Positions 24,771 through 37,525 of a stretch of 64,000 nucleotides of DNA are shown here, one piece after another (positions within the stretch are counted from its first letter, which is position 1; each line of letters starts with the position of its first letter). This stretch comes from Eledone cirrhosa (lineage: Eukaryota): contig OZ024741.1 in the NCBI GenBank assembly GCA_964016885.1, forward strand, positions 122,450,001 through 122,514,000, in the 5' to 3' direction. Made by a program: the position numbers and the translations under genes. A model generated the notes under the pieces. The model did no database searches. It was not told the origin of the DNA and worked only from the letters and a program-made list of their open reading frames with translations.

Positions 24771-27700
24771 TTTTCTTTATTAACCACAAGGGTTTACATA
24801 AAGTAGACATTAAGGACAGTACAGGACAATACAGGACGGTACAAATGGGCATTTCTGCGTGTAAAAAAAACAGAGGATGTAATAAAATAACAAAGAAAAA
24901 TTCCCCAATAGGGGGGAGACTTTCGAAGGACATTTGTGGAGAAAGCCCATTAAAAGACCACAGTGACCCTGACCAGCAGGGCAAGTGCCCTCTCCCAGTT
25001 TTCCACCTTTAATTTACAGACATATACTCAGAGTAGGCCCATTCACTCGGGCCATACTTGCTTCTCTCACCCATCTTTCAACGAAATGCTGGGAAGAGAG
25101 CACTTCCCTCTCTACCCTGATTTTCCTTTTCAAATGAAATTTGAAAAAGTTAATCAGGGCATCACCCAAGAGGTAAGTGCTCGTCTTCAGCCCTTTCAAA
25201 CGTGTCCACCATACTATCGCTTTCGCCATGGCCACCAGACAGATAAAAACTGCCTGCCCTTCCCGGCTAAAGGAAGAGGGCGGGGCAATCCTCACGATGG
25301 ACTCAGCTGATAGCCGGATCCGTCCTACACGTGACAGCAGGTGTTCGACATAAACCCACAAGTCAGCAATACTCGGACACTGGACGAGTGCGTGCAGGAC
25401 GGTTTTGTCGCCCTGCGCGCATCTCGGCCATGCCCGGATGACGCACCTCCATGCCTGTAGAGTTTATCCCGAACTGGCAAATCTCCCCGGTAGCACTGCC
25501 AGGCCAGGGATTTCTGGAAGTTGTCCATAGGCCCCGGCCCGAAAGTTTCTCCAAGTACGTCGTCGCTCTTCCCCTCCACTAATCCTCTATAGAACGCCAA
25601 GGTGGAGTTTCCATCGATCACATTGCCCGATTGGTCGAGGGCTGTGAGCGCCTGAAGACATTCCAGTCTCCAAGCGCTCCCTCTCGGTCTTCGCTTGACC
25701 CAGGACTGCAGCTCCGTCAAGGAGACGAGCTGGGGAAAGACGTGTCTAGCAAACGGCGACCACACCTGATCACCGTCGAGGAAGAGGTGGAGATGTCGTA
25801 GCCTGAGCGCGTCTGCGCATCATCAGCCACGGCATGCCCATCCCTCCACGTAGCGGGTGTTGACAGCAGATGGACCGCCTGACCATCGGAGCGCGTCCCT
25901 TCCACAAAAGAGCAAACGCTCCAGCGCAGTCAGGCGGGCTTAGGACAAGGTACGACGGTCAGGCGGTAGTAGATGACGGACGCGATGTACGCGTTAGCCA
26001 CCTCCGCTCGACCTTTTAGGGATAGCTTCCTCTCCGCCCATTTCTGGGTGAGAGAGGCCACCCTGCTCGTCACCTCGTCCCAGTTTTTGTCCGTCTGGAG
26101 GTACGGACCGAACCAGACCCTTAGCAATTTAACCGGTCTGTCCCTCAGCGCCCGACGACGCTGTTGGACGGCATGGACCTTACACGGATCTTCCGCATCC
26201 TAGTTCGCGCGGGACGCCATTCAACGTCTCCAGTTTGTGCAGTAATGGCTCGAGAGTCAATACGTACAAGAGGGACGAAAGGGGACATCCTTGGCGGACC
26301 GAGCCCATGATGTTGAACGGTTCCGAAAGGTGACCGTTCACTCTCACCACAGAGCAGATGTCGCTGTGCATGGCAGCGATCCAGCCTCTGAATACGGGCC
26401 CAAAGCCAGCAGCCCTCAGGACTGCCGCTAGGTAACGATGGTCGACCCTATCGAAAGCTTTCGACTGATCTAAATTGATCAAGGACCCACCCGTGCCAGG
26501 TTCCCTAGCTACCCTCTCTACGATGTATCGCATGAGGTGGAGGTTGTCGTGGATGGATCTGTCGGGAATGGCGCACATCTGGGTCTCTCCTACCAGACCA
26601 CCAACGACAAGCGCCAACCTCTCTGCTACCACCTTGGCCAAAATCTTGAACTTTGTGTTTCACAGGGTTATGCGCCTGAAATTATCTATGTTATCCCCCT
26701 TGTTCGGATCCTTTCTCAGCAGCTCCACAGCTCCTCGGCTCACAGAGCTGGGAATTCTCCCGTTCTGTTGCCAGTTGCAGTAGACGTCCGCCAAGAGGCC
26801 TCTGAACAAGTCTGGCATATGTACGTAAAGTTCATAGGGCTGACCATCTAAACCAGGCGATTTACCCCTTGTGCAGGCAGTCATTGCCTCCCGTACTTCA
26901 GCGGCTGTTATCGGCTTTTCGCAACACTCCGCCTCAGTGGCCGAGAGCCGCGGCAGTCCGTCGAGGTAGACACTAAAGTCCATCCCTCGTCCGGCCCACC
27001 TCTTCCGCTGAACAGCTGTGCGAAGTGTCGCTGAAAAGCTTCACTCATTTGCCCGGGATCGAGTAGCATGCGCCCGTCGTGGTCCACCAAAGACCGGGTC
27101 ATGGCTTATTGCCACGACGCGCCTCCGCCACTCGGGCCCATTGAACGGCTTTCGTCCCCTCGTGTCTGAGAGCACGCACCCTAGCTCTGACAACGCAGCC
27201 TTCGTGCTTTGCATTGAATAATTGGTCAAGGGCCAATTTCGCCGCATGTACGTCGGTCGCGATGCCTTTGCTAAGCGCCTCGTCTAATTTTCTAACTAAT
27301 TCTCCCTCTGCTCTATTTTTCTCTATTGCTAAAGCCTTACTAAACCTAATGGACTCTATTCTAATCGCTCATTTCAGAGCAAACCACCACTTGTTGTTGA
27401 CGATGGCCCCCGTCAACGCCCGCTTAACTAGTTAACTAATCCGGTCTCTGTAGGCCTTGTGCGCTTGTAATAACGCGTTTAGCTTCCAGTAGCCGGGTCC
27501 TTGTCTATGAAGCCTATCTAAGTCAACCTACACAGATCACGAATTTGTGGTCCGTGTAGCTGACTATCTTCCCTACAAAATACTCTATCTAGATATGATC
27601 TGGATGACTCGATTCGGTTTGTCCAAGTCCACATTGGCACATTCGGGAAACCCAATCGGTACCTGTCAGACAGCTCGAAACGCCTGAGCAGGTTGGTGAG

Positions 27701-30420
27701 GCTTTTGCACCTTCCTCCCATATCCGCTAAACCCACACAGTCCCAGCATGCATCTAAGATCCCGTTCCAGTCGCCCACTAACACTAAAAAGCGGGACGTT
27801 CCAAGAAAGGTTTCAAGACGCCGGAAGAAATCAGGCCGCGCTGCTCCTGTCGGGACATAGACGGCCACTAGCCTGAAAGTTCGCCCGTCTCCGCTGGTCA
27901 CGTCCATCACCACTAACTTACCTTCTGGGTCCAGGAAGATGGCCCGTATTGCGAGATCCACACCTCTCCGAAAAAGCACAGCCACTCCTCCCACCGATCC
28001 AGTACGGCTGGGAGATGCGTACACATCGTAGCCGCCGAAGATCGGTGGAAGGCCCATGTTTCGGAGATTCTGGTCTCGCTGATGGTAACCACATCTATGT
28101 TTAGTGACCTGAGGTCGATGAGCAGGTGGCCCTGCTTCCATGACGACCCCAAGCCAAGCGCATTTATGCTGCCTACTCTGAGTGAGGTCATGTTGAAAAG
28201 GATTGGAAAAGATGGGAAAGACTACTTACCTCACTTCTCGTAGAATGTGACCTCCACCGGAAGGATGCCCTATAAATTCTCCTGGGGAGTGCTTGTCGGA
28301 AGTTTCCGGTGTCCTTGGGGAATTTTTGTTTTAGTGTCGTGTACGTTTTCTGTGTGATGCGAGTGATTTGTATGTGTGGAATAGGTGTGAATTTTTGGGG
28401 CGTTGTGTAATATTTTTCTATGATGCTGGTGTTGTGTTGGATGTAGTATAATAATTAGTTGTTGTTCATAGTTAATGCTGTGTGGTGTGTATCGTTTTGG
28501 TTGTTTTGTTTGCGTTTGTTGAGGGTTTGTATCTGTTGCGCTATTTGGTGACTTTTGTGGTGTTGGTGATGGTGGTGTTGGGGTTAATGATGGTGATGGT
28601 GTTGGTGTTTGTGGTGATGGGATTGGTGATGCTGGTGTGGATGGTGGCATAGCTGTCCTAACTTTTTTGTTTGTTAGTTTATTTGTTTCCCCCTGTATTT
28701 TGTTTTTGGAGGGGGAAGGAAGAGGATTTTTTTCTTTTTTGGGTTCATTTTCTTTTTTTCTTTTTTCCTGATACAGTTTCCCACTCCTCGTCGTCACAAT
28801 CTGTCTCCAGTTGCGATAGGTCGGGGAGTGGAAAATCCTCCACAGGCGTTGGTTTTGGTTGTGGCGTGGTGCATGGTGGAGGCGCTGGTGCTAGTTCTGG
28901 CGCGGTGGGTGATGGTGGTGTTGGTTTTGCTACCGTTTCTGGGGTTGTTGCTGCTACAGTTGCTTCTGTTGCTGCTGCTACAGTTGTTGCTGCTGGTGGT
29001 GTTGGTGGTTGAGTCACTGGGGTGGGTAAGAGAGGTGGCCTCAACTTTTAGCCTGAGGACAGAAAGCCTTTAGGGGGGTTCCTTCATCACACCTAGGCCT
29101 TCTATCCTCAACGATTACGGTGGGGTGGCTGCCGTCAGTGAGGTCTACCACCTCTGGGATTTCCTCAATGCTTTTTTGGTCCGCTTGGATCAGGAGCTCC
29201 ATTCCAGATCCGAACCAGTTCTCCTGCTTTTCTTTTGTTATTTCAATTATTTTTGTGTTGGCCTCGATGCCGGCGAGGAAGGCAGCCATTAGTCAGGGAA
29301 TTTCGATGGTCGGTGGAACGTGGGTCACGTTGACCTTCACAAGTCTCTGGTCACAATAGCTTGGAAAGAGTGTGAAGTCGTCGCTTCTTAATGAGGCCAC
29401 GGAGTTCTCTCTGGCATCCTGTGGTGTTCCAAAGAACACCTCCACGGTTCCATATTTCTGCCCACGTCTGATGTGGGGTTTTTTCGCCCACACATGTCCC
29501 AAAGATTTTTGTATTTGGGACTCGGATGCCGTTCCACTCGGCGTGAATTTGTGTTTATCGTCCGATAAGACACGGTGCACAGGCGCCGATGCTCCATTTC
29601 ATTAGGAGTGTGTGTGTGTGGGGTTGTAGGTTGTGAGGCTGACCCTGTACCCATCTTTTTTTTACCATTCTCTTGGCTTCATTTAATTCATCCTGGCTTA
29701 CCTCGATTGTTTCGCTTTTCTTGGCTGCTTTGGCAAACGACATATTTTGTTTCGCGGTGGTGTTGATGTTGTTATTCTCATTGTTGTTGTTGTTGTTGCT
29801 GTTGTTGTTATTGTAATTTTTAGTTTCAGTTGTGGTGGAGGTGGTGGTGGTGTCAGTGGTGTTCGGCGTGGAATAGTCGATTCTGCCTGAATCCATTTCG
29901 ATGTCACGAGATAATAATTTTTTTTTTTGGGGGGGGGGGTTCTGCTGTCGCTGTGGTGGTGGTGGTGGTATCAGTGGTGTCCGCTGTTATTTTTGACATT
30001 GTGGTGGTGGGGTTGGCGGCTTTAACGCCTGAAGTTATTGGTAATGGCGGGAAATCCATATCTTTATGCGGCAATTCTAAATAATTCAAACTGCTATTAA
30101 TTATATTTTCAGTGTTGGGAACCGTAGCAAGGCTTACAATGGTGTTGGTGTTGCTGGTGGGGGGGGGGGGGAGGTTCTGTTAAAAACAGTAAACTTGTCG
30201 TCCATGTTTTTTTTTTTCCAAGAAATATTTTGTTTGATAAATAAAAAGTTTAAGTTTTGGGCTCAAGGCCCCAATATTTTTTTGTGTCCTTTTCAGAAAG
30301 CAATATATGTGAACTTATAAACACTTAACAACAAAATGTTTCCATAACTGGCAATTTGGAACAACTGAAAACAACAAACCTTTGCGGAGCTTACGATAAT
30401 ACGATTTCCTACGTAGGTCG
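24770..30420 (-). mobile_element. Tx1-group LINE, family B, apparently full length, decayed
   Basis: ORF1 fragments at about 28230-30150; ORF2 from 28191 to 25014 (GSINALGL, GDWNG, DQSKAFDRV, QGCPLS). Flanked on both sides by ACAAT(AAT)n. Confidence 0.93.
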
Positions 30421-30422
30421 AC

Positions 30423-30552
30423 AATAATAATAATAATAATGGTTTCCGCCTTAGGTATAAGTGGGTACTTTATTTTATAGACGGATTTGAACTCAGAAAG
30501 TAGAGGATCGAAATTCTATGCTGCAAAGAATGTTGTCCGATGCTCTACTGAA
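30423..30552 (-). mobile_element. Decayed SINE family 1 whose tail abuts the Tx1-B 5' end
   Basis: GGTACTTTATTTTAT and GGATTTGAACTCAG match SINE 1 in reverse. Confidence 0.65.
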
Positions 30553-31119
30553 TAATAATAACAACAGCAACAATAATAATACTACTAACAATAAATAAAT
30601 AAATAAATAAATAAATAAAATCAGACGGTTACGACAAAAATATGAGTGATCATATGTTTATTGTATCAGAGATGACCAAGTGCTGAATAATAAACTACAC
30701 AACTATAATGGATAAAAAAACATGAATAAGTAAACAAACAAAAAAAACAACACTATCAACAACAACAACAGTCACAACAACAAAAATAACATTCTATGAA
30801 CTTGTAAATGTTCTTCAGCTTGTTGAGTCAGTCATTCTCTTTGAAATAATAACTCACGGAAATTAAAAATCTTAAGCGATCATATGTATCTAAATAAAAA
30901 CCCATCGCTTAGTATTTAGATAACTTATTCTAATAATATCGCTGCAGTTTGTTTCTTCTATGATAAATTTATATTTTTAGAATTCTTTAGATAGAAACAG
31001 GAAATGAATGATGTTAAACTTTATAGTACTTGTCTGTCACTCATTTAAAAATAAAACCTAGCGTAAGTTCTGATATAGTCATACATCGTATATGATCCAA
31101 ATCATTCAATCTTCCTCCC

Positions 31120-31370
31120 TGTCTTGTGAGTGAATTTGAGTAGACGGAAATTGTTTGGAAGACCACTATATCTGTAATTAAAAGGGTTTGCTTTGTAACA
31201 CAATGTAATAAAAAGGGCTAGACTTGTCACATACTGTGTACCGCGGAATCCCCCTGTGAATCACATTAAGGGTACACAAGTCTGCGTAATGCCCATTTGC
31301 AAGCTAATTTCATCAGCCGGTTCTTTCATCGATCAAACTGCTGAACACTCATCATCGAAACCGATGTAGA
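31120..31370 (+). mobile_element. Older SINE-like dispersed repeat, family 2
   Basis: TTAAGGGTACAC..GTCT core recurs near 38560(+), 45980(-), 47410(-), 51190(-), 60340(-) and 63740(+). Confidence 0.65.
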
Positions 31371-31475
31371 TCCATTCCATAAGCGCCGTAAGTCATCAAA
31401 CAAGAAAGGCACGTCAGTGGGTGCAGGGAAAATATACGATGGGAGGGAATTGTATAGTATTATTTTTTTGAACAT

Positions 31476-31646
31476 GGCGGTGGATTGGCAGAATCGGTAG
31501 AAGGTCTGACACCATTCCCTTTATGGTCTGAGTTCAAATCCCGCTGAGGTTAACTTTGCCTTCCAGCCTTACGGGGTCGATAAAATAAAGCACCAGTAAT
31601 ACATTGGGATAATTGCTGACCTTGTGCCAAAAGTAGAAACAATTAT
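31476..31646 (+). mobile_element. SINE family 1
   Basis: Full head, B-box, core and ATT tail. Confidence 0.9.
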
Positions 31647-31659
31647 TTTTTTAAACATT

Positions 31660-32180
31660 TGCTTTCGGCGAATCTTTCACGTTTTCGGATTATACTGTGC
31701 ACCAAACTTCAAAATGTGTTGTCCTGCCAGATCGATCCCCTCCACAATTTCTATACAAAAGGTTCCGCCGATGGTTTCGCAACGCATTTTACCTTGCTAG
31801 TTAGAAACTCATCTACGATGCAGTCACGCCGGAACCTTTTACCGATGGCAGTATAAATGGTAAGGAGAACGGTAATGCCTTGTTTTCGTATATATCGTAT
31901 CCGCTGTTGGAATCGTGACTGGCTGACGTCAGACGTCAGTGATCGTCGTGCACGGGTGGCCCCTGTTCATGATACTGTGAGATTACCAGTCCAATGCCTC
32001 GATTGACACGATCTATTCAGATCTTGAGCTAATAATGTCTTGTCCTCGTATATATGGTACACACCGTTTGAACCGTGACAAAGTGACAACATCCCCGTCT
32101 AACGTTTGTGTTCAGCGGCTTCTCTTCACGATGTCATGGTTGCACTCATTGGAAAGACGGCTCAACTCATTCTGGGTGAA
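31660..32180 (-). mobile_element. Possible highly decayed Tc1-like transposase
   Basis: Weak minus-strand peptides (TGATRARRS, QRIRYIR) reminiscent of the Tc1 N-terminus. Confidence 0.35.
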
Positions 32181-32359
32181 CATCGATATAAATACAAGTA
32201 TAAAGAAGGGTATTCAGCAGGGTCGTCCTTCTCTGAAGGACGTAAAGCTAACCGTCGTGGTTTGTGCAAGAGTGGATGTATTACAATAGGGTGACGAATG
32301 GATGAATATATATTTCTTGCGTTTTTGTGTCACATATATTCTTTTTCTTTGTTTTTTAG

Positions 32360-32471
32360 ATGTTTCTGCCGCCACCGAGATTTCTGAAGTTGGTGGTGTC
32401 ATTGCCGCAGGAATTATTGGATTATCTTTATTAATTTCAGTCATAGTCGCTCTGGTCTACTTTTGTAAGAG
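32360..32471 (+). CDS. Host gene exon A: transmembrane segment
   Basis: Polypyrimidine-TAG acceptor and AG|GTGCGT donor; VIAAGIIGLSLLISVIVALVYFCKR; phase 1 to 2. Confidence 0.85.
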
Positions 32472-33067
32472 GTGCGTTGCATTTATAATATTTCTTAATG
32501 TTAGCATTTCATTTTTTTGACAGTAAAGTTTTCTAATTAAAAAGAAAAATAGTTGTTATATCTACATTAATTTTACCTTAAAGTTCCCTATCATGGTTCA
32601 CTCTGAGTGGAGAAGATGATAAATATTGCATTGTACTTGTAATAATAAATGATCTACTCGTATCTGAAGAATGTATTTCTATTTTAAACTTTGAATATGG
32701 TAAATAATTGCAAGTAGACCGATTACGTGAAACGTTTTGGGTTGCTAAGAATGCTAACACGCCCTTGATTTAGTATGTGATGAGGTTTCAACGATTGCCG
32801 AATTAGTCAGCTTAAATAATTTCATTAAATGGAAATATAATTAACAAAGTTAGGTGACAGATGTTTGCCGCCAGAATTGAATTCAAAATGGCTAAGAACC
32901 ATCACGTGGCCAGTGGTCAAGGCAGAACGTTTGTGATTGGTGCCTGTCGGCGAGTAGGCTGGTTGCTAGAAAGCGCAGCCGAATGATTTTTATGTGGTTG
33001 ATTTATACTGATTGGGAGAGGAAATACTGTATATATTTTATCTAATGATTCTTTGGACTTACATTTT

Positions 33068-33180
<113 letters not shown>

Positions 33181-33270
33181 GTTATTCCGAGTTGAGTCGG
33201 AGGTAACCACAGTAAGTAAGATACTCAATACATTCTAAAGAATGAAATAGTTCTAGTCCTGTAGAATCTC

Positions 33271-33310
<40 letters not shown>

Positions 33311-33313
<3 letters not shown>

Positions 33314-33917
33314 CATTATGAAGAGAGAAGAAACATTAGATATAATTAGTAATAATATATATCATACCTAAGCTGCTTCTATAGTCCCCGACTACGTAGT
33401 TTCGTGGCATATTATGTATGCAAAAAGATGTATAGAGATATAGAGTTTTTGTGAGGTCTGCCGACTTATCAAGAGGATGACTCATTAAGGGTTTCAAAAC
33501 ACGTCTGTGATGCGCGAGATAGAATCTCGAAAAGGCGGAGGGGGAGTCAATCACGTGATACAGCAGTCAAGAAAACCCTGAAAAAAATACCACGGAGGCG
33601 GAGGGGGTATTTATATCAAAGCCGTAGAAGAGGTGGTTTGAAGAGGCGAGAAGTATGAGTAATGGTAGCTCTCCAGCAGTCACTACACTTCAAAGGTTAC
33701 TCGACCAAAGGGAGTTATAAACAATATATAGAGAGAAACACACAGATACATGCGGGGACACACATATACATGAATATATCCAGATATATCCCTGAGTTAG
33801 TGGTACCAACCTCAAACGTTGTTGCTCTATGAATAACTGGGACAAATCCATCCGAATGGATTAGACTGATTCAGTATCAGAGCTATATAATACATTATGA
33901 AGAGAGAAGAAACATTA
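33311..33917 (-). mobile_element. Partial tandem unit (about 580 bp) carrying a hammerhead; Penelope terminal repeat or retrozyme-like
   Basis: ATACATTATGAAGAGAGAAGAAACATTA at 33311 and 33890; hammerhead motif at 33386-33491. Confidence 0.6.
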
Positions 33918-33918
33918 T

Positions 33919-33975
<57 letters not shown>

Positions 33976-34320
33976 TGTTTTAACATACATAAATAGGCTA
34001 TATACTTACAGAGGGACGAGACACTCCAAACCAGGAAAATATCAAGTTGTCAATAAATGTTTATAGATTATGTCTGGTTAATTTTGTAATTGCAACGTTG
34101 ACAATGTTTATAGTATGGGAGACGTTGTTAATTCAACAAACAGGCGTCAGACTACTTGGTGTATAGTGATATGTGACGCCATGCCATTGTCAGTCATTGC
34201 TGTTTTGGTGTTATTACAAGTGTATTGCAAACAGTTATGGACAAGATAGTATTTGAAACATGAGTTTTTTTAGAGAGACGCACCTGCATTTATGTATTTA
34301 TGTATGTATGTATGCGAGAG

Positions 34321-34722
34321 ATGACCCCTTAGCCTTTGTCAAGGCAGAACTCTAGGAGAAGGAAAACTCTGATATAACACCTGCAACCCTGATGGTATCC
34401 AATGATGTTGACTTGTTCTTCTTTTTGGTAAATATCATCTTGGTTAAGAGAGTGGGACTGGCTTTGTGTAGTGCCTTTGCTCACTATAAAAGCTTCGCGG
34501 CACAGGCATTGCTTTATATCTGGAGATCTCTCTGCACTTGTCGTCACATGGTACCATGGGCCCAACACTATGTGTTAATAATTGTCACAAGTGTATTGTT
34601 TGTACCAGAGTTTTCAAGTCGCTGGATGGACTAAAAAGTCACACTCGTTCAGCGCATTGGTAGGGGTTCTCCTACATGGATATAAAGTAGTGGCCGTACT
34701 CGAAAACGAGTTGGCAGCCACC
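34321..34722 (+). mobile_element. Non-autonomous RTE-derived element, 5'-truncated
   Basis: CTAGGAGAAGGAAAACTCTGA (recalled as an RTE 5' UTR motif); ends GCAGCCACCA-(TGTA)n. Confidence 0.65.
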
Positions 34723-34790
34723 ATGTATGTATGTATGTATGTACGTATTTACGTATGTATGTATGTACGTATGTATGGATGGATGGATGT

Positions 34791-35481
34791 CAGGTCGTTC
34801 TTCAACGCTACTGCTATCATGTAAACCAGTACAACTAGGGCATGGTCGGGTCGTCGGCGACTAAACTGGCAACCCCACCAAGCTTGTTTGGTGAGGTTGG
34901 TGAATTTGGACACCCTGCGGGGTGAAGAACAAAACCTGTAAAAGGGCGGGGGAACTGAAGTGAGTCAACGGCCATCCAATAATTTTTTTTTTTTTTGAGC
35001 GATAGACTTCTAGTCTTCATTAAAACATTTCACTAGGAGGAGGTCACTCTGACATAAAACCTGCGACTTCGTATGTATCCAATGATGTAGAGTAGTTCTT
35101 CTTTTTGGGCAAATGCATTCGATGTTCAGGGAGTGGGATTGGCTCCGCCTTTCCTGACTTAAAAAAAACGTCAAGTACAGGCATTGCTTGATATCTGACA
35201 TTATTTGTGATGGATGCTGTATAGTTACGTACTCCAGCATAGTTACGTCCCTTTACGATCTGAGTTCAAATCCCGCCGAGGTTGACTTTGCCTTTCATCC
35301 TTACGGGGTCGTAAAATAAAGTACCAGTAATACACTGGGTAATTGCTGGCCTTGTGCCTAAAGTAGAAACAATTATTTGTGATGCATCGTATTGCTGGCC
35401 ATAGGCAAGTCCCTAGCAGGACTAAAAACGAAAAAGCCACTCATGCAATGGTATTACACGAAATCGAGTTGCAGCTATCAT
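34791..35481 (+). mobile_element. Non-autonomous RTE-derived element with nested SINE 1 (35234-35376)
   Basis: Homologous to 52328-52851; ends GCAGCTATCA followed by TGTA repeats. Confidence 0.7.
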
Positions 35482-35517
35482 GTTTTTATGTATGTATGCA
35501 TGTACATATGTATGTAT

Positions 35518-35640
35518 GTTCTTCTGGTTTAATAATTTTATGAATTTTTACCAATAGAGACAGAGTCGATTTCTGACATAGATACAAGACTCTCCCATTG
35601 GAATTTACACAACAACAACTAGGTAGATATGTCTGCATGT
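35518..35640 (-). mobile_element. 3' UTR fragment of the R4-like family C
   Basis: GTTCTTCTGGTTT...TTACCAATAGAGA...CATTGGAATTTACACAAC matches 52881-52995. Confidence 0.8.
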
Positions 35641-35677
35641 CTGCATGCATGCATGTGTGTGCAAGTATGGATGTAAC

Positions 35678-35746
<69 letters not shown>

Positions 35747-35906
35747 TCTATATATAAATAAATATGTGTAATCTGAGAGTTTTTCGAATATTGATAATTG
35801 TTTCTACTTTTGGCACAAGGCCAGCAACTACCCAGTACATTACTGGTACTTTATGTTATCGACCCCATAAGGATGAAAGGCAAAGTTAACCTCGGCGGGA
35901 TTTGAA

Positions 35907-36070
35907 TTCGAATATTAATAATAACATTCGATTCGTTTGCAATTATGCAAACAACCCTCAATTTTATAGCCATGAGCAAGAATGAAGGGTTCATTCTACT
36001 GACATGGCTATAAAATTGAGGCTTGTTTGCATAATTGCAAACGAATCGAATGTTATTATTAATATTCGAA
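35907..36070. repeat. Near-perfect palindrome of about 164 bp
   Basis: Arms TTCGAATATTAATAATAACATTCG...AGAATGAA / TTCATTCT...TATTCGAA; one arm recurs at 36421-36585. Confidence 0.9.
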
Positions 36071-36771
36071 AAACTCAGATTACATTTATTGTATTCAGCC
36101 ATGTAGAGCGAAAAAAGTTCCCCTTTTATTTGAATTTGGCAAAGCCGGCCATTTATCGCTCCTGTACAGGAAACTGAGTGGCCAGTCTGCTGATATGCTA
36201 ATCTGGCTGATCAGTGGATCTGCTAATATGCAGATCTGACTGATCAGCCAGTCTGCTAATATGCAAACCAGGCCGATCAGTCACTGTGTATTTTTGAAAA
36301 TAGCATATATTTTCACTAGCTCTGATTGTTTGGCAGGTGAACAGTGAGCTGTACTGATGAAGGGTGATACCCAGAAACATTAGTGTCTACAGTTCTGTTC
36401 AAATGCCAACACAAGAGCAAGAAAATTGAGGCTTGTTTGCATAATTGCAACGAATTGAATGTTATTATTAATATTTTGGGTAATTTCTGGCCTTGTGCCA
36501 ATAGTAGAAACAATTATTAATATTCGAAAAACTTAGATTACATTTATTATATTCAGCCATGTAGAGCGAAAAAAGTTCTCTTTTATATTTAAATAAATAT
36601 GAGGAAAAGAAATCGAAAATGCAACTGGAATCTTTTAAAGAACTGTGAAACCGGTAAAGGAAACAAATAAATATTCTGTAAAAGACACCAGTTGCATTTT
36701 CGACTTCATTTTCTTATACTTTCACACGTGTAGGACATCTGTTTTTTTTACATTTAAAAAACCCTCATTTT

Positions 36772-36837
<66 letters not shown>

Positions 36838-37022
36838 TGCGTGTGTGTGATAGTGTTTGTGCTGTAAAAACTTTGAAGAACAGAATAGTAGTAGCATAAA
36901 TTTATTTTGAAAATATTACGCAGACTAGGACAACCACACACATATATGTGTGTGTGTATGTCTATGTATATATATATATCTGTGTGCGCGTGTGTGTGTG
37001 TATGTGTATGTATGTATATCTA

Positions 37023-37060
<38 letters not shown>

Positions 37061-37067
37061 CGTGTGG

Positions 37068-37110
<43 letters not shown>

Positions 37111-37268
37111 TACCGATGTGATATTTTTCGAGTCCTGTTTTAAGAAAAAAATGAGGCCTTATATATCCTCAAATATGCAACTACCATACTGAATCGTTTA
37201 CAGTGCATTTCGAAACTAATTACATCTTCGTGCTTTCTAAATTGTATTTCTTGCACATTTGGAAACAG

Positions 37269-37525
37269 ATTGAAATCCAACCGAAGGGAAAACATTGAAA
37301 ACATTCATAAAATGAATACATTGCGGAAATCTGCTTACAAAACATATGGCATGGATAGAACGGCACCACCTACTGTAAGCACTCTAGCGCCGCCAATGTT
37401 ACACCGATTGCCGAATACAGACACTGAATTACTACCCATACCACGTTACACACCGGAATATAATGTATTTAATTCATCTCGATTTCAAAACCCATATGAC
37501 TTCCACAGGAATCAAAATAAAACAA
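37269..37525 (+). CDS. Host gene exon B: juxtamembrane cytoplasmic region
   Basis: CAG acceptor and A|GTAAGT donor; phase 2 to 1 matches neighbours; LKSNRR...NPYDFHRNQNKT. Confidence 0.85.

Noticed and set aside
31731-31865. Candidate upstream host exon ending at G|GTAAGG
   Set aside because: Stops in all three frames; overlaps a possible Tc1 remnant
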